Assembly (NCBI GenBank): GCA_038087875.1
Contig: CM075989.1
Location: 17,176,001-17,240,000, forward strand
DNA length: 64,000 bases
From: Malacoraja senta
Taxonomy: Eukaryota
Direction of reading: 5' to 3'
Shown here: one piece after another, positions 51,556 to 64,000 of the stretch
Layout of the letters: each line of letters starts with the position of its first letter
Numbering within the stretch: position 1 is the first letter of the stretch
Position numbers and translations under genes: made by a program
Notes under the pieces: model-generated
What the model was told of the DNA's origin: nothing
Seen by the model: only the letters and a program-made list of their open reading frames with translations
Databases searched by the model: none

Positions 51556-51754
51556 CTGGTTATGCTGTTCCCCCACTGCACTCTTCTTCATCCCTCCATC
51601 CTGAATAGTCCACAATATACCATGGGGGAGATTGCTCAGGTTCCCCACAGTATCCATGTTGAACAACAGAGAATCATGGTTCATTACCGAGGAAGTTGTG
51701 CTATTGTTGACCAACTACTTGGACATATGCCATGATGACTTCTTACTTGGCTTC

Positions 51755-52035
51755 AGACTTTAGATTTTAGACTTTAGAGATACAAAGCGGAAACAAACAC
51801 CAGGGTCCACGCGACCTACGATCATCCCTACTTGCAGGTTCTAACTGCACTAAGACTATCCTGCACTCTAGGGACAAGGTGCACTACAATCCTGTACGTC
51901 TTTGGAGTGTGGGAGGAAACCAGAGCACCCGGAGAAAACAGGGAGAAGGTACAAACTCTGTACAGACAGCATCCATGGTCATGATTGAACCCGGGTCCGT
52001 GGCGCTGTAAGGGAGCAACTCTACCGCTGTGCCGC
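51755..52035 (-). mobile_element. HE1-type V-SINE
   Basis: Reverse copy. Confidence 0.75.
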
Positions 52036-53071
52036 TCTTGTTATTAAGTTTTATCTGGTAATATTCCAGTTAAATGCCTGTTTGTTTAATCTCCCAAATG
52101 CAATAAAAAATGCAAATTGTTGTTGCTATTAAATCTTCTCACTTTTAAATGGCCTTAACAGTCTTTCATTTCAAACAACCGCAAGAGCCTGTAATACTTT
52201 GCGCGCCAAATTTATTCATTGGTAACAACTAGCTGCGTTATTGTCATGAAGGAAAGGCACAAGGCACCAAGCCAATTTTGCATCCAAATGATTAGCTCAC
52301 CCAATGTGATCTAACCTTCCTGCTGTATCTTGTGAAAAGATTGGCTAAAGTTCTTGCAGACAATGTCTATCGCACTGCCCTCTTGTCAATCCACTTAGTC
52401 ATCTCTTCAAAAAGCTCAAATCAAATTCACAAGATACTATTCCCCATGCACAAAGCCATGCTGACTATTCCTAATCAGTCCTTGCCATTCCAAATGCAGG
52501 CAGATCCTGTCCCTTCGAATTTTCTCCAGTAACTTACCCATCATTGATGTTGGGCTCATGGGTCTTGCTACTGGAGAGGATTCTGAGGGGCTGGATCTAT
52601 CTGCATTTGGAAAGGCATTACATTCACCACCCACCAGTAACTGGGCCGTATTAAGCCAAGGTTCAAATCGTGAATTCTTATTGCAATAATACTTCACACT
52701 GACAACCTCCTTCTCCCTCAGTGATTTGGTCTTGTCATACTGTACACTTCTTAAAAGTCAGAAAACGTGACATTTTCCACATCAGGGAACTGCTCTTTCC
52801 AAACAACTTCACGGTTGGTTGTGAATAACCCAAAATTCTCACGGTTGGTTTGTGAATAACCCAAATATGAAAGGCATAGTGAACAGCTTGGATGGTGATA
52901 TACAACTTTGAACTCACCGTTTAATTTTCCATCAGAGCAGACAATGGAATGAACTAAACAATAGATTCACACCATCGCCGCATAAACTTAAAATATCACT
53001 CACAGTCATCTGTCCTTCGCTCACTACGTCATGTACGCCAGTGACGCAGTAGTTCCAAAAATTCTGAAATT

Positions 53072-53391
53072 GTTTAGTTTTCAGCTTAGTTTAGAGATAC
53101 AGTTTAGTTCAGAGATACTTCGGCCCACCGAGTCCGCACCGACCATTGATCCCCGCACATTAACACTACCCTACACACACTAGGGATATTTTTTACATTG
53201 ACACCAAGCCAATTAACCTACCAACCTGTACGTCTTTGGAGTGTGGGAGGAAACTGAAGATCTTGGGGAAAACCCACGCGGTTATGGAGAGAACATACAA
53301 ACCGCGTACAGATTGCACCCGTAGTGGGAATCGAACCTGGGTCTCTGGCGCTGTAAGGCAGTGGCTCTACCGCTATGCCACCGTGCCGCCC
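53072..53391 (-). mobile_element. HE1-type V-SINE
   Basis: Reverse copy. Confidence 0.85.
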
Positions 53392-53924
53392 TAAAATTGC
53401 TTTAAAAATTGCTGAGAATTCAGCAACTCGGGACTGAATGCTCATCTGTTGAAATTAAGTTTCATCAGGTGCCATCATCAGACCAGCCTAAACCCAAATC
53501 ACATTCCATACTTCAAATCAGTTGAACGAGAAGTTCATTACTCGATGGAGCTGGAGATACCAATCACTGAGTGGAAATGATTATTTGGAACTGGCTCCTG
53601 TGAAGGGATAATTAAATTTTGAACACAACCTAAGTGTTAACTTCTTGTCATCATAAGTGGTAGACTCCTCACCTCAGTAGACGCAGATTAAAAGGGAAAC
53701 TCAGTGAGACTAGATCATTTCTTGAACTGAGAGGACTGGTGCTTATGTGAGGAATGAACAGAATGAACAGAACACACTACATTCCCTTACATTAAGAAGA
53801 ACAAAACTCTTTGAACTTGATGATTGCAAAATGGATTTTTTGGTTGATCTGAAGCAAGCTCAGAGGTAGTCAGTCACTGAAACATTTTAATTCAGAGGGT
53901 GTTGCATGTTCAGTAGTTTAACTT

Positions 53925-54228
53925 GGATTAGTTTAGAGATACAGTGCGGAAACAGGTCCTTCGGCCCACCAAGTACGTACCGACCAGCTATCGCCGCACA
54001 CTAACACTTCCGTACACACACTAGGGACAATTTACACTTATACCAAGCCAATTAACCTACAAACTTGTACGTCTTTGGAGCGTGGGAGGTAACCGAACAT
54101 CTCGGAGAAAACCCACGCAGTCACGGGGAGAACGTAAAACTCCGTACAGTAGTCGGGATCGAACACGGGTCTCCGGCGCTGCAAGTGCTGCAAGGCAGCA
54201 ACTCTACCACTGTGGGACCATGCTGCCC
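53925..54228 (-). mobile_element. HE1-type V-SINE
   Basis: Reverse copy. Confidence 0.85.
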
Positions 54229-55382
54229 TTCAGTAGTTGAGTAGTTCAGTAGATGAGTACATTCAATACCAAGATGGATGGAAAATCAAGGAATAGAGCT
54301 GTGGAGTTCGTTGGGAGTAGAGTTGAAGAAGAAAATCGGACATGACAATCCTGAATTTTGAGGCGGACTCAAATGTCTTACGATGCGGAACCTATTCCAG
54401 CTTTTATTTCTTGTTAAGTTTGGTCGATAAGACTGCTGAATTAAAGTGAGTGAGTCCTGTGTGCCCTTATTCATAATTAATATGGGTTCTCAGTTGAAGT
54501 CAATATAAAGGCTCATTTCACTGTCAGGTAAGTCTGTAAAACATCAATTACTCTGTTTCCAAGGATTTATACTGTAACATGCAAGCTAATATGTCAGCAT
54601 TGTCTTAATGTGTCTGGCTCCAGCTACCCGTTCATTATATCTCCATTCATCTTAATGTTTCATTAAGTTGGTCACTGGCGATTTGAGCAGGATTACACAT
54701 TCTGGATCAATTTAAAATCAATTTTCAGTGTTTTCGTTTCCAGCAGGAACACATCTGTGCATCTCAGAGGATAACACAGATTTTGAAATGTTACAGAATG
54801 ATCCTGCAGAAACAAGTTTGCCTTTTTACCATGAATTCAAGCAATCCCCTTAAAGTGCTTTCTCTTTTTGTAGACCTGTGGACGGTATGTGATTTGCCTC
54901 CATTCATGTCCTGTGGGTTCCCAGGTTACTGGTGTGGCCATTGTGGGAACCACACTCTCACAGTAAGGGCAGGAGATGTATGGTATATTGGTGGATATTT
55001 TGCTCCTCCTGCTGTTTCTGCATGATGGGTTTTGGCATTCTCAATGCCACCCCTTCCTCAGACTTCCTTGGAGCCAGAAGAAGGATCCCAACTCAAAACA
55101 TCACCTACCCATGTCCGCCAGCGATGCTGCCTGACCCACTGAGTTATTCCAACAATTTGTCCCTCTTTTTGTAAACCAGCATCTGCAGATCCTTCATTCT
55201 ACTGTAAATACTACATTTGGATTTGTCGCTTTTCTTGAATGATGATTATGGTGTCTCTAAGGTCCTCAAAGCATTCTATTTTTCTCCGACATAGGAGATA
55301 AGGTTGTACACTTGTGACTGAAGTTCATCTCTGCCAAGTTTTATAATTTAAGCAGGGAGAACATATGCTCCTGACGTCTTTA

Positions 55383-55667
55383 AGTTTTATTTAGTTTTAG
55401 AGATACAGCGCCGAAACAGGGCCTTCGGCGCAACGTGACCACGACGACCAGCGATCCCCCCAGACTAACACTATGCTACACACACTAGGGACAATTTACA
55501 ATTTTACCAAGCAAATTCACCTACAAACATGGATGTCTTTGGAGTGTGGAGGAAACCAGAGCACCCGGAGTAAACCCATGCAGGTCACAGGGAGAATGTA
55601 CAAACTCCGTACAGGATTGAACCCAGGTCTCTGGTGCTGTAAGGCATCAACTCTACCGCTGTGCCGC
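55383..55667 (-). mobile_element. HE1-type V-SINE
   Basis: Reverse copy. Confidence 0.8.
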
Positions 55668-56294
55668 TCTGTGATGTTTCAGTTGGCCTGTCAGACTTTT
55701 TGTTGGCATGGGTTGGTGGCAACGCTGGAGTGAATAGTTTGCCAAAGGATGGAGTCAAGAACATTCACGTGAAGGAGAAGTCATGGCAGGAATGGTCTTC
55801 AACGAGCTCCATCCAGGAGTTGCTGGCTGTCCTATCCTTGATAAGCTCGCCACCATTCTTGGCTCACAGTGGAATGGGCACTGAGGGCATGTGGTCCATA
55901 AAAGGCCTCAACAAAGCTGAAGAAACTCCTCATGTCTTAATTACATCTACGCTTTTCTCACCCATCATATATATTTTTAGGTCATGGGTTTTCAATTAGA
56001 TTATAAGTTTCAAATGTCTGTGGTTGTTTCCTCTCCCTTGATGTGGACAAATTTCCAATCCAAGTATACCCTGTGTTCACGGTTAATTGCCGCCTGAGTC
56101 TTCTGGTCCAGAATTGCCCAGAATCTCTGCACAACTGCCTCTGGTGGTTTCAGGGTGGTCCATGCACTGTGGACAGCAGTGGTCGAGTTGTCTGTGAGGC
56201 ACTCTCTGAAAAGTACTGCCTGCGCAACGTCCTTGAGAAACTGTGCATCAATTTTCTTGTGGCAAGGTTTCTGTTGCTGCTGTTATTTTGGGGC

Positions 56295-56887
56295 TAGTTT
56301 AGTTTAGAGATACAGCGCAGAAACATGCCTTTCAGTCCACCGGGTCCGCGTCGACCCGCGATCCCCGCACATTAACACTATTCTACACCCACTAGGGACA
56401 ATTTTTACATTTACCAAGCCAATTAACCTACAAACCTGTACGCCTTTGGAGTGTGGGAGGAAACCGAAAATCTCGGAGAAAACCCACGCGGATCACGGAG
56501 AGAACGTACAAACTCCGTACAGACAGCACCCATAATCGGGATCATTAGTGCCTGTCCTGGTGAGGGTATTTCCTTTTTTAGTTTTGTTTAGAGGAACAGC
56601 ACAGAAACAGGCCCTTCAACCCACCGAGTCTGCACCGACCAGCAATCCCTGAACATTAACGGTACCCTACAAACACTAGAGCCAATTTTACATTTATACC
56701 AGGCCAATTAACCAAAAACCTGTACATCTTTGGAGTGTGGGAGGAAATCGAAGAACTCTGAGAAAACCCACGCAGGTCTCGGGGAGAACGTTCAAACTCT
56801 GTACAAACAAGCACCCATAGTCAGGATCAAACCCGGGTCTCTGGCGCTGTAAGGCATTAGCTCTACCACTGCGCCACTATGCCGCCC
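56295..56887 (-). mobile_element. Two adjacent HE1-type V-SINEs (about 56295-56545 and 56575-56887)
   Basis: Two reverse copies, each with a tail. Confidence 0.85.
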
Positions 56888-57192
56888 ATGAGGTGATGAG
56901 GACTCTCACTCAGATCATGATAGAACCAAATGGAAGCTATTGCCAGAATCACTGTTGCCACAAGGTCTTGTGCTTGCCTCCCTGGTGAAACAGGATGTTG
57001 TTTATGGTACCACCATGCTTTAACCATTTTGGCAGGAGGAAGACTCCGTAGGGATTAGCCATTCCTCCTTTGCTGATCATGTCTTGCAGAGGATTGCATT
57101 TCTCACACAAGAGGATCAGTTTGTCTCCCTCTCTGATGTGGAATGGGATTTTCCACACCTTGGCCTCACCCATAGATACCAGGGTTGGGCGT

Positions 57193-57820
57193 ATAGAAAC
57201 ATAGAAAATAGGTGCAGGAGTAGGCCATTCGGCCCTTTGTGCCAGCACCAGCATTCAATACGATCATGGCTGATCATCCAAAATCAGTACCTGTTCCTGC
57301 TTTCTCCCCATATCCCTTTATTCCGTTAGCCTTAAGAGCTGTATCAAACTCTCTCTTGAATACATCCAATGAATTGGCCTTTACTGCCTTCTGTGGCAGA
57401 GAATTCCACAGATTCACAACTCTCTAGATTTTTCCTCATCTCAGTCCTAAATGGCCTACCCCTTATTCTTAAACTGTGACCCCTGGTTCTGGACTCCCCC
57501 AACAACGGGAACATTTTTCCTGTATCCTCCAGCCTGTCCAATCCCTTAACAATGTTATATGTTTCTATAAGATCCCCTCTCATCTAAATTTCAGTGAATA
57601 TAAGCCCAGTAAATCCATTCTTTCATCATATGTCAGTCCCGCCATCTCGGGAATTAACCTGGTGAACCTACGCTGCACTCCCACAATAGCAAGAAAGTCC
57701 TTCCTCAAATTAGGAGACCAAAACTACACACAATATTCCAGGTGTGGTCTCACCAGGGCCCTGTGCAACTGCCGGAGGACGTCTTGCTCAGACACTCAAA
57801 TCCTCTCGCTATGAAGGCCA
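57193..57820 (-). mobile_element. CR1/HER1-type LINE 3' fragment
   Basis: MRGDLIETY..GESRTRGHSLRIRG; homologous to 6752-7400. Confidence 0.88.
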
Positions 57821-58962
57821 AGATGCACAGATGATGGTGGTGTGTTGGTTCCGTGTGGAAGTGAGCAGAAAGGTCATGAGGCGCTCACTAATTCTGCAGG
57901 GGAGTTGTTCAAAGGCTGGAATAGCTCAACACCCCACCCTCTCTCCTGTATCTTCCTGCCCCAAGCTCCCCTTCACTTGCTCCTTACCCAGTCTTCCCCT
58001 CTTCACTTGAATTCACCTTTATCTCTGAACATCCTCCTCACTCTCCAGACACAGAAAAGCCTTGGGGACGAGTTTGTTGGCTTCAGCAGTTGAATCCTCA
58101 GGTAAGTTTTCAGTCTGTGTCTGAGATGATGGAAATCTGAGGGAATGCCTGAGAACTGCCTGAGGTGTACACCACCTCTCTTTCTAATCGTCCCCTCCGG
58201 TGGTGAAAGCCAAATGAAAATAAATTCAACAAATTCCATCTGCAATTGAACTGTTCACAAACCCATGTCACAGTAAGTGAGCTCTGAGGAGGGATTGGTC
58301 CTTCCTGTATCTCGACTGAACTGTTCTCCAGGTTTCCATCTTGGAAATAAGCCCAAATGATTGACAATAACTGATCATTGGTAAGCAGAGAACACTTCTA
58401 AAAGGCATTTTATTTGGCTTTTTGTTGAAGGAAATGAATACCACCCAGAGAATACTTTGTTTGAAGTTGTATTTTGTGCTTAACACTGCCAGTACATCCT
58501 TCCCACGCAAGGATAGAGACAGCTGGTAGCTTTGTTCAAATCCATGAAGGTGATGGAATAAGTTGAGAAGGGTGTTTATAAAAAGCATAATGATATCCTC
58601 CTGTTTATAAATAGTGGAGAACTTTTTTGAGAAAAGGAAGGGAAAAGATATTGAACAAATAAATTACATCATTTGATAAGTCATTTGATGTTTTTATACA
58701 AGATTAAGGCTCATGGGATGTCAGATAGGTGAGTTCCCGGATGGAAGATCGGTTAGTGGATAGAGAAATTAGGAATAAAAAGACTTTCATATTAGGGTAG
58801 ACAAAAATGCTGGAGAAACTCAGCGGGTGAGGCAGCATCTATGGAGCGAAGGAAATATTGGCAGGTTCTCACTGATGAGGTTCCTCAAGATCAGCATTTG
58901 TGCCTCAACCACTTGTGCTATATCAATGACACAGGAGTAAATCGACTGTAAAGTGTCCAAAG

Positions 58963-59183
58963 ATAGACACATAAAAAGCTGGAGTAACTCAGCGGGACAG
59001 GCAGCATCTCTGGAGAGAAGGAATAAGTGGCGTTTTGTGTCGAGACCCTTCTTCAGATGTTTCCGTCTCGACCCGAAACATCACCCATTCCTTCTCTCCA
59101 GAGATGCTGCCTGTCCTGCTGAGATACTCCAGCTTTTTGTGTCTATCTTCTGTTTGAACCAGCATCTGCAGTCCCTTCTTACA
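58963..59183. mobile_element. Palindromic Penelope-derived repeat
   Basis: Inverted arms of about 85 bp. Confidence 0.7.
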
Positions 59184-59595
59184 CATATAAAGTGTCCAAG
59201 ATTGCCGATGACGTATAGTTAGGTAGGAAATAAAAAATGAGGAGGATGTACAGAATTTACTAAATGAAACGGACAGGTTTAGTGAGTGGGCTAAAATGTG
59301 GGAAATGAGGAGAAATGTGACATCCACTTTGACAGAATAGAACATGGAAAGAATTATTCAGCTGAAAATTGATTTTCCCTGGGTGAAACGTGATAATATT
59401 TGCATCACTCAATGGGCAAATGTATGTACTAAGGTACTATAATATAATCTGGTTAGACATATACAGACTACCACGGTGGTTCCAGTAAGAGCAGAGAGGA
59501 AACTTGTATCTGCAAGATGAGAGAAGCTTCCAAACCTCTTAGTGCATCAGTTATTAATAACTGCAAGGGCTAGGATTTCTCACATGGCTTGTTCT

Positions 59596-60165
59596 TCCTA
59601 CAGATGCCCCGTAGAAAGCATCCTATCGAGATGCATCACAGCATGGTTTGGGAACAGCTTCATCCAAGACCGCAAGAAATTGCAGAGAATTGTGGACGCA
59701 GCCCAGACCATCACACAAGCCAACCTCCCTTCCATTGACCCCAATTACACCTCATGCTACCTCAGCCAGGCCAGCAACATAATCAAGAATGAGTCATATC
59801 TCAAATGAGTCACACCTCTTCTCCCCTCTCCCATCAGGCAAGATGTACAGAAGTGTGAAAACGCACACCTCCAGATTCAGGGACAGTGCCTTCCCAGCTT
59901 TTATCAGGCAACTGAATCATCTTACCAACAACCTGAGAGCAGCGTTGAGTTACTATCGAAACTCATTGGAGACCCTCGGACTATCTTTGATTAGACTTTA
60001 CTGGACTTTATCTAGCACTAAACTTTATTCAAGTTATTCCCTTTTTCATGTATTTGTACACTGATGGCTCGATTGTAATCATAATTGTCTTTCCACTGAC
60101 TGGTTAGCATGTAACAAAAGGTTTTCACTACACCTCGGTACACGTTACAATACATTAAACAACTC
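59596..60165 (+). mobile_element. Rex1/Babar-type LINE 3' fragment
   Basis: YRCPVESILSRCITAWFGNS..RKKLQRIVDAAQTIT..LFSPLPSGKMYRSVKTHTSRFRDS.FP..IRQLN. Confidence 0.8.
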
Positions 60166-60689
60166 AGTTTGATACAACTGAGTGTCTTGATAGACTACTC
60201 CTAATGGCAGTGAATAGTCAAGTATATTTGTTTGTGGGGTGCTTTAGGATCCATGTTCACCCCACATGCAGCCCTACACAATGCAGTTGTTGGTAATGGC
60301 CACTCCAGCTTGTTGGATGCAAGGTATCAGATGGCCCTCTCTCTCTCACTGCCCCAGCCTTCTGCAACACTTGGACATTCTGGGGTATCAGGAATGCTCA
60401 GAGCGTTCCTTTTCCCAGCCAACATCAACACTACACCATATCACCTTGACCCTGTCCCCACTTCCCCGTGGTGCCACCTGGAAACTCGGCCCTCCATGGC
60501 CCAGGAACAGCAGGAACAGCTGTGACCTTAGCAGCCTAACATAGAGTCACACTTTAACATGAGGCTGGACTGAATGTGATTTTCACTGAACATAATGCAA
60601 CGATTAGCTTTGTCAATTGCCAAGGAAATACTTCCTAAATGGCCTGCAGCACAGACCAGTTGAATGCTGGACATTTATTATTCCTAACT

Positions 60690-60995
60690 TCTCGGCCCAT
60701 CAAGTCTACTCCGCCATTCAATCATGGCTGATCTATCGTTCCCTCTCAACCCCATTCTCCTGCCTTCTCCCCATAACCCCTGACACCCTTACCAATCAAA
60801 AATCTGTCAATCTCTGCCTTAAAAATATCCATTGACTTGGCCTCCACAGCCCTCTGTGGCAATGAATTCCTTCTGCTCAAAGACATTCCTTCTCATCTTC
60901 TTTCTAAATGTACATCCTTTTATTCTGAGGCTATGGCCTCTGGTCCTAGACTCTCCTACTAATGGAAACATCCTCTCCACATCCACTCTATCCTG
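60690..60995 (-). mobile_element. CR1/HER1-type LINE 3' fragment
   Basis: RVDVERMFPLVGESRTRGHSLRIKG plus tail. Confidence 0.8.
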
Positions 60996-61062
60996 AAACA
61001 ATATTATTATTCACTTTGCAGTGGTATTTGGGCTTTAGAAGCAAGCAACACTTAAGTCAAGA

Positions 61063-61265
61063 CAGACACAAAATGCTGGAGTAACTCAGCGGGTCGGGCA
61101 ACATCACCCATTCCATCTCTCCAGAGATGCTGCCTGACCTGCTGAGTTACTCCAGCATTTGGTCGTCCCATTCCATCTCTCCAGAAATGCTGCATGACCC
61201 GCTGAGTTACTCCAGCATTTTGTGTCTATCTTCGGTGTAAACCAGCATCTGCAGATCCTCCTAAC
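61063..61265. mobile_element. Penelope-derived repeat with a duplicated arm, next to an exon donor
   Basis: cccattccatctctccaga..gctgagttactccagcattt occurs twice in tandem. Confidence 0.65.
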
Positions 61266-61334
61266 ACGTAAGCCATTCTTGACTGGGGAGAAGATGGCAG
61301 GCCGGAGATAGGAACCACTGATGTCCGTACTCAC

Positions 61335-61455
61335 CCATTCCTTGGCTTTGATTGAAATCGCCTTTGATGATCTCGCACGACTTGTCATCACCATTGCACA
61401 CCCCACAAAGATCCTCCTTTGCTACAGACCCAATGATTCCATCACAGCCAATCTT
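61335..61455 (-). CDS. ADAMTS17: ADAMTS17 coding exon (end of Cys-rich domain): [41 protein letters not shown]; most upstream exon found in the window
   Basis: 121 nt; acceptor ttcacAG, donor G|GTGAGT; peptide matches recalled ADAMTS17 ([15 protein letters not shown]) better than ADAMTS19; phase 0 to 1. Confidence 0.93.
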
Positions 61456-62702
61456 CTGTGAACAACAAACAGGTGACTCCATCATTAGTTCTTCAATGAA
61501 ACGCTGTGAAATGGAATTACAGGCAACCCCCTGGTGTTGCTTCTGGATAGAATGGGCTTTATCATGAGCCGCATTATATGGCAACACATGGACTGAGACC
61601 AACATTGGGTTCCTGGCCGAGCTGCTGTTTCCCTCCACAGAACGTTGCCAAGGTATTAAAGATTCAGCAGGATTTTGGTTTGTTTGACAAAGCATTAACT
61701 GTTGTTACTCAAAATTCATCGGGCCCCCTCTCGGTTTTACACAAATGTCACAATGAGCTAAAAAAGTCCTTTTTGAAAGTCGAGCATAAGCTGTTTGAGC
61801 TGATTTTATTATGTGGCAATCTCAATTAAATGCATAAACGTCATTGGAAAATAATCACAATGAAGAACGGATTATAAAATAACGAGCAGAATGGGGTAAA
61901 AATGATGAACCGCTTCCATGACAGAGACATCCTTGGCGCTAAGTAGAAGATGATTTACCTCTCACGGTTATCTTAGAATTCCAGTTATTAAACCTTTATC
62001 CCATCCACTTTTCAATACTTAAAGAAAACAACCCCACAAAAAGTTATTTGAAAGAGATATAAACATTGCCTAAAGCTTGACAAGCCTTCTAATTCTGTTC
62101 AATTGGTTCCAGAAAGTACATAAATGTTTAATGTTTCGAGCCAAACACATTATCACAAATTAGTTTCTGGTCTAAATTCCACTGGGACAGGGCCCTGTAT
62201 TAAATTGTATTTCTACGACATCCTTCATTACCACAGGGGCAAGGTAAACAGAGCAGATTTTATTTTAATGGAAGTGTGACACACTGGTTTCTGAATAAGG
62301 CAGATCCATGTTAGTTGCCTTTGAAAACCATAAAAATCATACTTGATATAAAACACAGTAATGACCTATCAGCATATGTTTTATCGCTGGTTGAGGCTAG
62401 AACTGTACTTGAACATGTGTTTAATTCATAAAATGTGTGTGATGCTTCTAAAAACTGATGCTGATGCTCTTGTGTTAATTGAGTCTGCTTTCAGCAATTG
62501 ATGTTAAGCTGAGTAATTCATTATCCTGAGTGCTCAACATACTGGCTCCATTCAGAGCTATTACAATAACATCCTTTCATGCACAGAACAGCTCAGTGGG
62601 AATGGTTAGAATGTTTCTGACAGATATTTTCAACAATAACTTTTATTTATTGTTAGCTTTCTTCTTTTCTGCATTTGATTGAGGATTGTACTTGAGAACT
62701 TC

Positions 62703-63000
62703 GGGCGGCACAGTGGCGCAGCGGTAGAGTTGGTGCCTCACCCGGGTTCGATCCTGACTATGGGTGCAGTCTATATGGAGTTTGAACGTTCTCTGGGTGA
62801 CCGCGTGGGTTTTCCCTGGGTGCTCCGGTTTCCTCCCACACACCAAAGATACACAGGTTTGTAGGTTAATTGGCTTTGGTGAAAATTGTAAATTGACCGT
62901 GGTGTGTAGGATAGTGTTAGTGTTCAGGGACCACTGGTTGGCGAGGACTCGGTGGGCCAAAGGGCCTGGTTCTACGTTGTATCTCTGAACTAAACTAAAA
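62703..63000 (+). mobile_element. HE1-type V-SINE
   Basis: Full copy with A box TGGCGCAGCGG and B box GGTTCGATCC. Confidence 0.85.
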
Positions 63001-64000
63001 CTTGCTCAATGGCAGCATTAGACACTCACAGGAGATGAGCATAGCACTCTTGCCCCATCCAACATAAAGCTTGTTGTACAGAACACCTCCCCATGCACCG
63101 GACTGGCATTTACCCAACCTTCCACCCCACATGCTCCCGACCTCTCAAAAAGTGACACTGCCCACTTGTGCCACACTGCTTGAAGCCCCTGCCTCGATTT
63201 GTTTTGTGATGGACCCTAATCCCCATGCAGCATTGTCAACAGTGGGTCAGGAGGGCTGTGGGTTCAGGTCAGTCTCCACACAGGCTGACGTGGCTGCAGA
63301 GGAAGAATGTGGGACACATTGACCGAGGGAATATCCCAGAGGGAGATCTCAACAGCACGTTCTGGCCCATCCTGCCTCTGCCCACCCAGAAATTATTCAT
63401 TCCTGTCCAATCCCCTAAACAGTTCCTTTGTTTCAATTATTTCTCCACTTTCCTTGCAAAAAGGCTAGCCAAACCAACACTGTCAACAAATCTAACCACA
63501 TCCTTTTAACTCCCCAAATTGAATGGTTTCCTGTACACACAGTTGACACATGGAGTTATAAAACATGGAAACAGGGCCTTTGGCCAAACTCATCCATTAC
63601 GACCACGGTGCTTTCTAGAGATAATCCCATTTGCCTGCATTTGGCCCATCTTCCTCTTTACTGTCCACGTTTTTGTCTGCCTTTTAAACATTGTAACTGT
63701 GCTCTCCTCTGCCCTTTCCATATGCTCACCATCCTCCGTGTGAAAACGTTTCTTGCACATCATATACGTCCATAGGGTTGCATGAACCTCAGGTTCTTTG
63801 ATAAATGCTACCCTGGCTACTGCAATATTATCTCTAGGTTTCTTGCGCCAAGCTCTCTCACAGCCACACCCTTCTGTTCAAGCCACACCCTCTGTTCCTG
63901 ACCAGATCGCTTCATAGCATTTAATCTAAGGAGTTTTCGAAAACCAAAATCCCCAGGTGAAATTTTCCCTCCTTGATGACTCCCAGTGCCTACTTTTTTT

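Noticed and set aside
52808..52866. 31-bp tandem dimer (similar small duplications near 40216, 53750 and 63862) and poly-G runs near 22642 and 48467
   Set aside because: Ordinary slippage products with no further structure
12664..61455. Assignment to ADAMTS19
   Set aside because: [21 protein letters not shown] and ALTYKC fit recalled ADAMTS17 better; a phylogeny would confirm

Overview
Vertebrate genomic DNA from an elasmobranch (shark/skate/ray, inferred from HE1 V-SINEs and HER1/CR1 LINE fragments), about half repeats. The only supported host gene is the 3' half of ADAMTS17 on the minus strand. Nine coding exons (61455 down to the TGA ending at 12664) splice in phase through GT-AG sites into 455 aa: end of the cysteine-rich domain, spacer including the 81-nt cassette exon, TSP1 repeats and PLAC. 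Introns and the 3' flank hold HE1 SINEs, CR1 and Rex1/Babar-type LINE 3' fragments, Penelope-like remnants, a solo LTR, a Tigger-like MITE and a 200-N gap. Main finding: a 143-bp retroelement at 34965-35107 with a 10-bp target-site duplication, whose first 54 nt fold into a complete minimal CPEB3/HDV-like ribozyme with the predicted cleavage site exactly at the element's 5' boundary. The abundant palindromic repeats carry minimal hammerhead cores and derive from a Penelope element. There is also an intact teleost-like SINE and a 21-bp-period inverted array. Exon and ribozyme coordinates were counted base by base; repeat boundaries are approximate. Family names come from recognition, not database searches.
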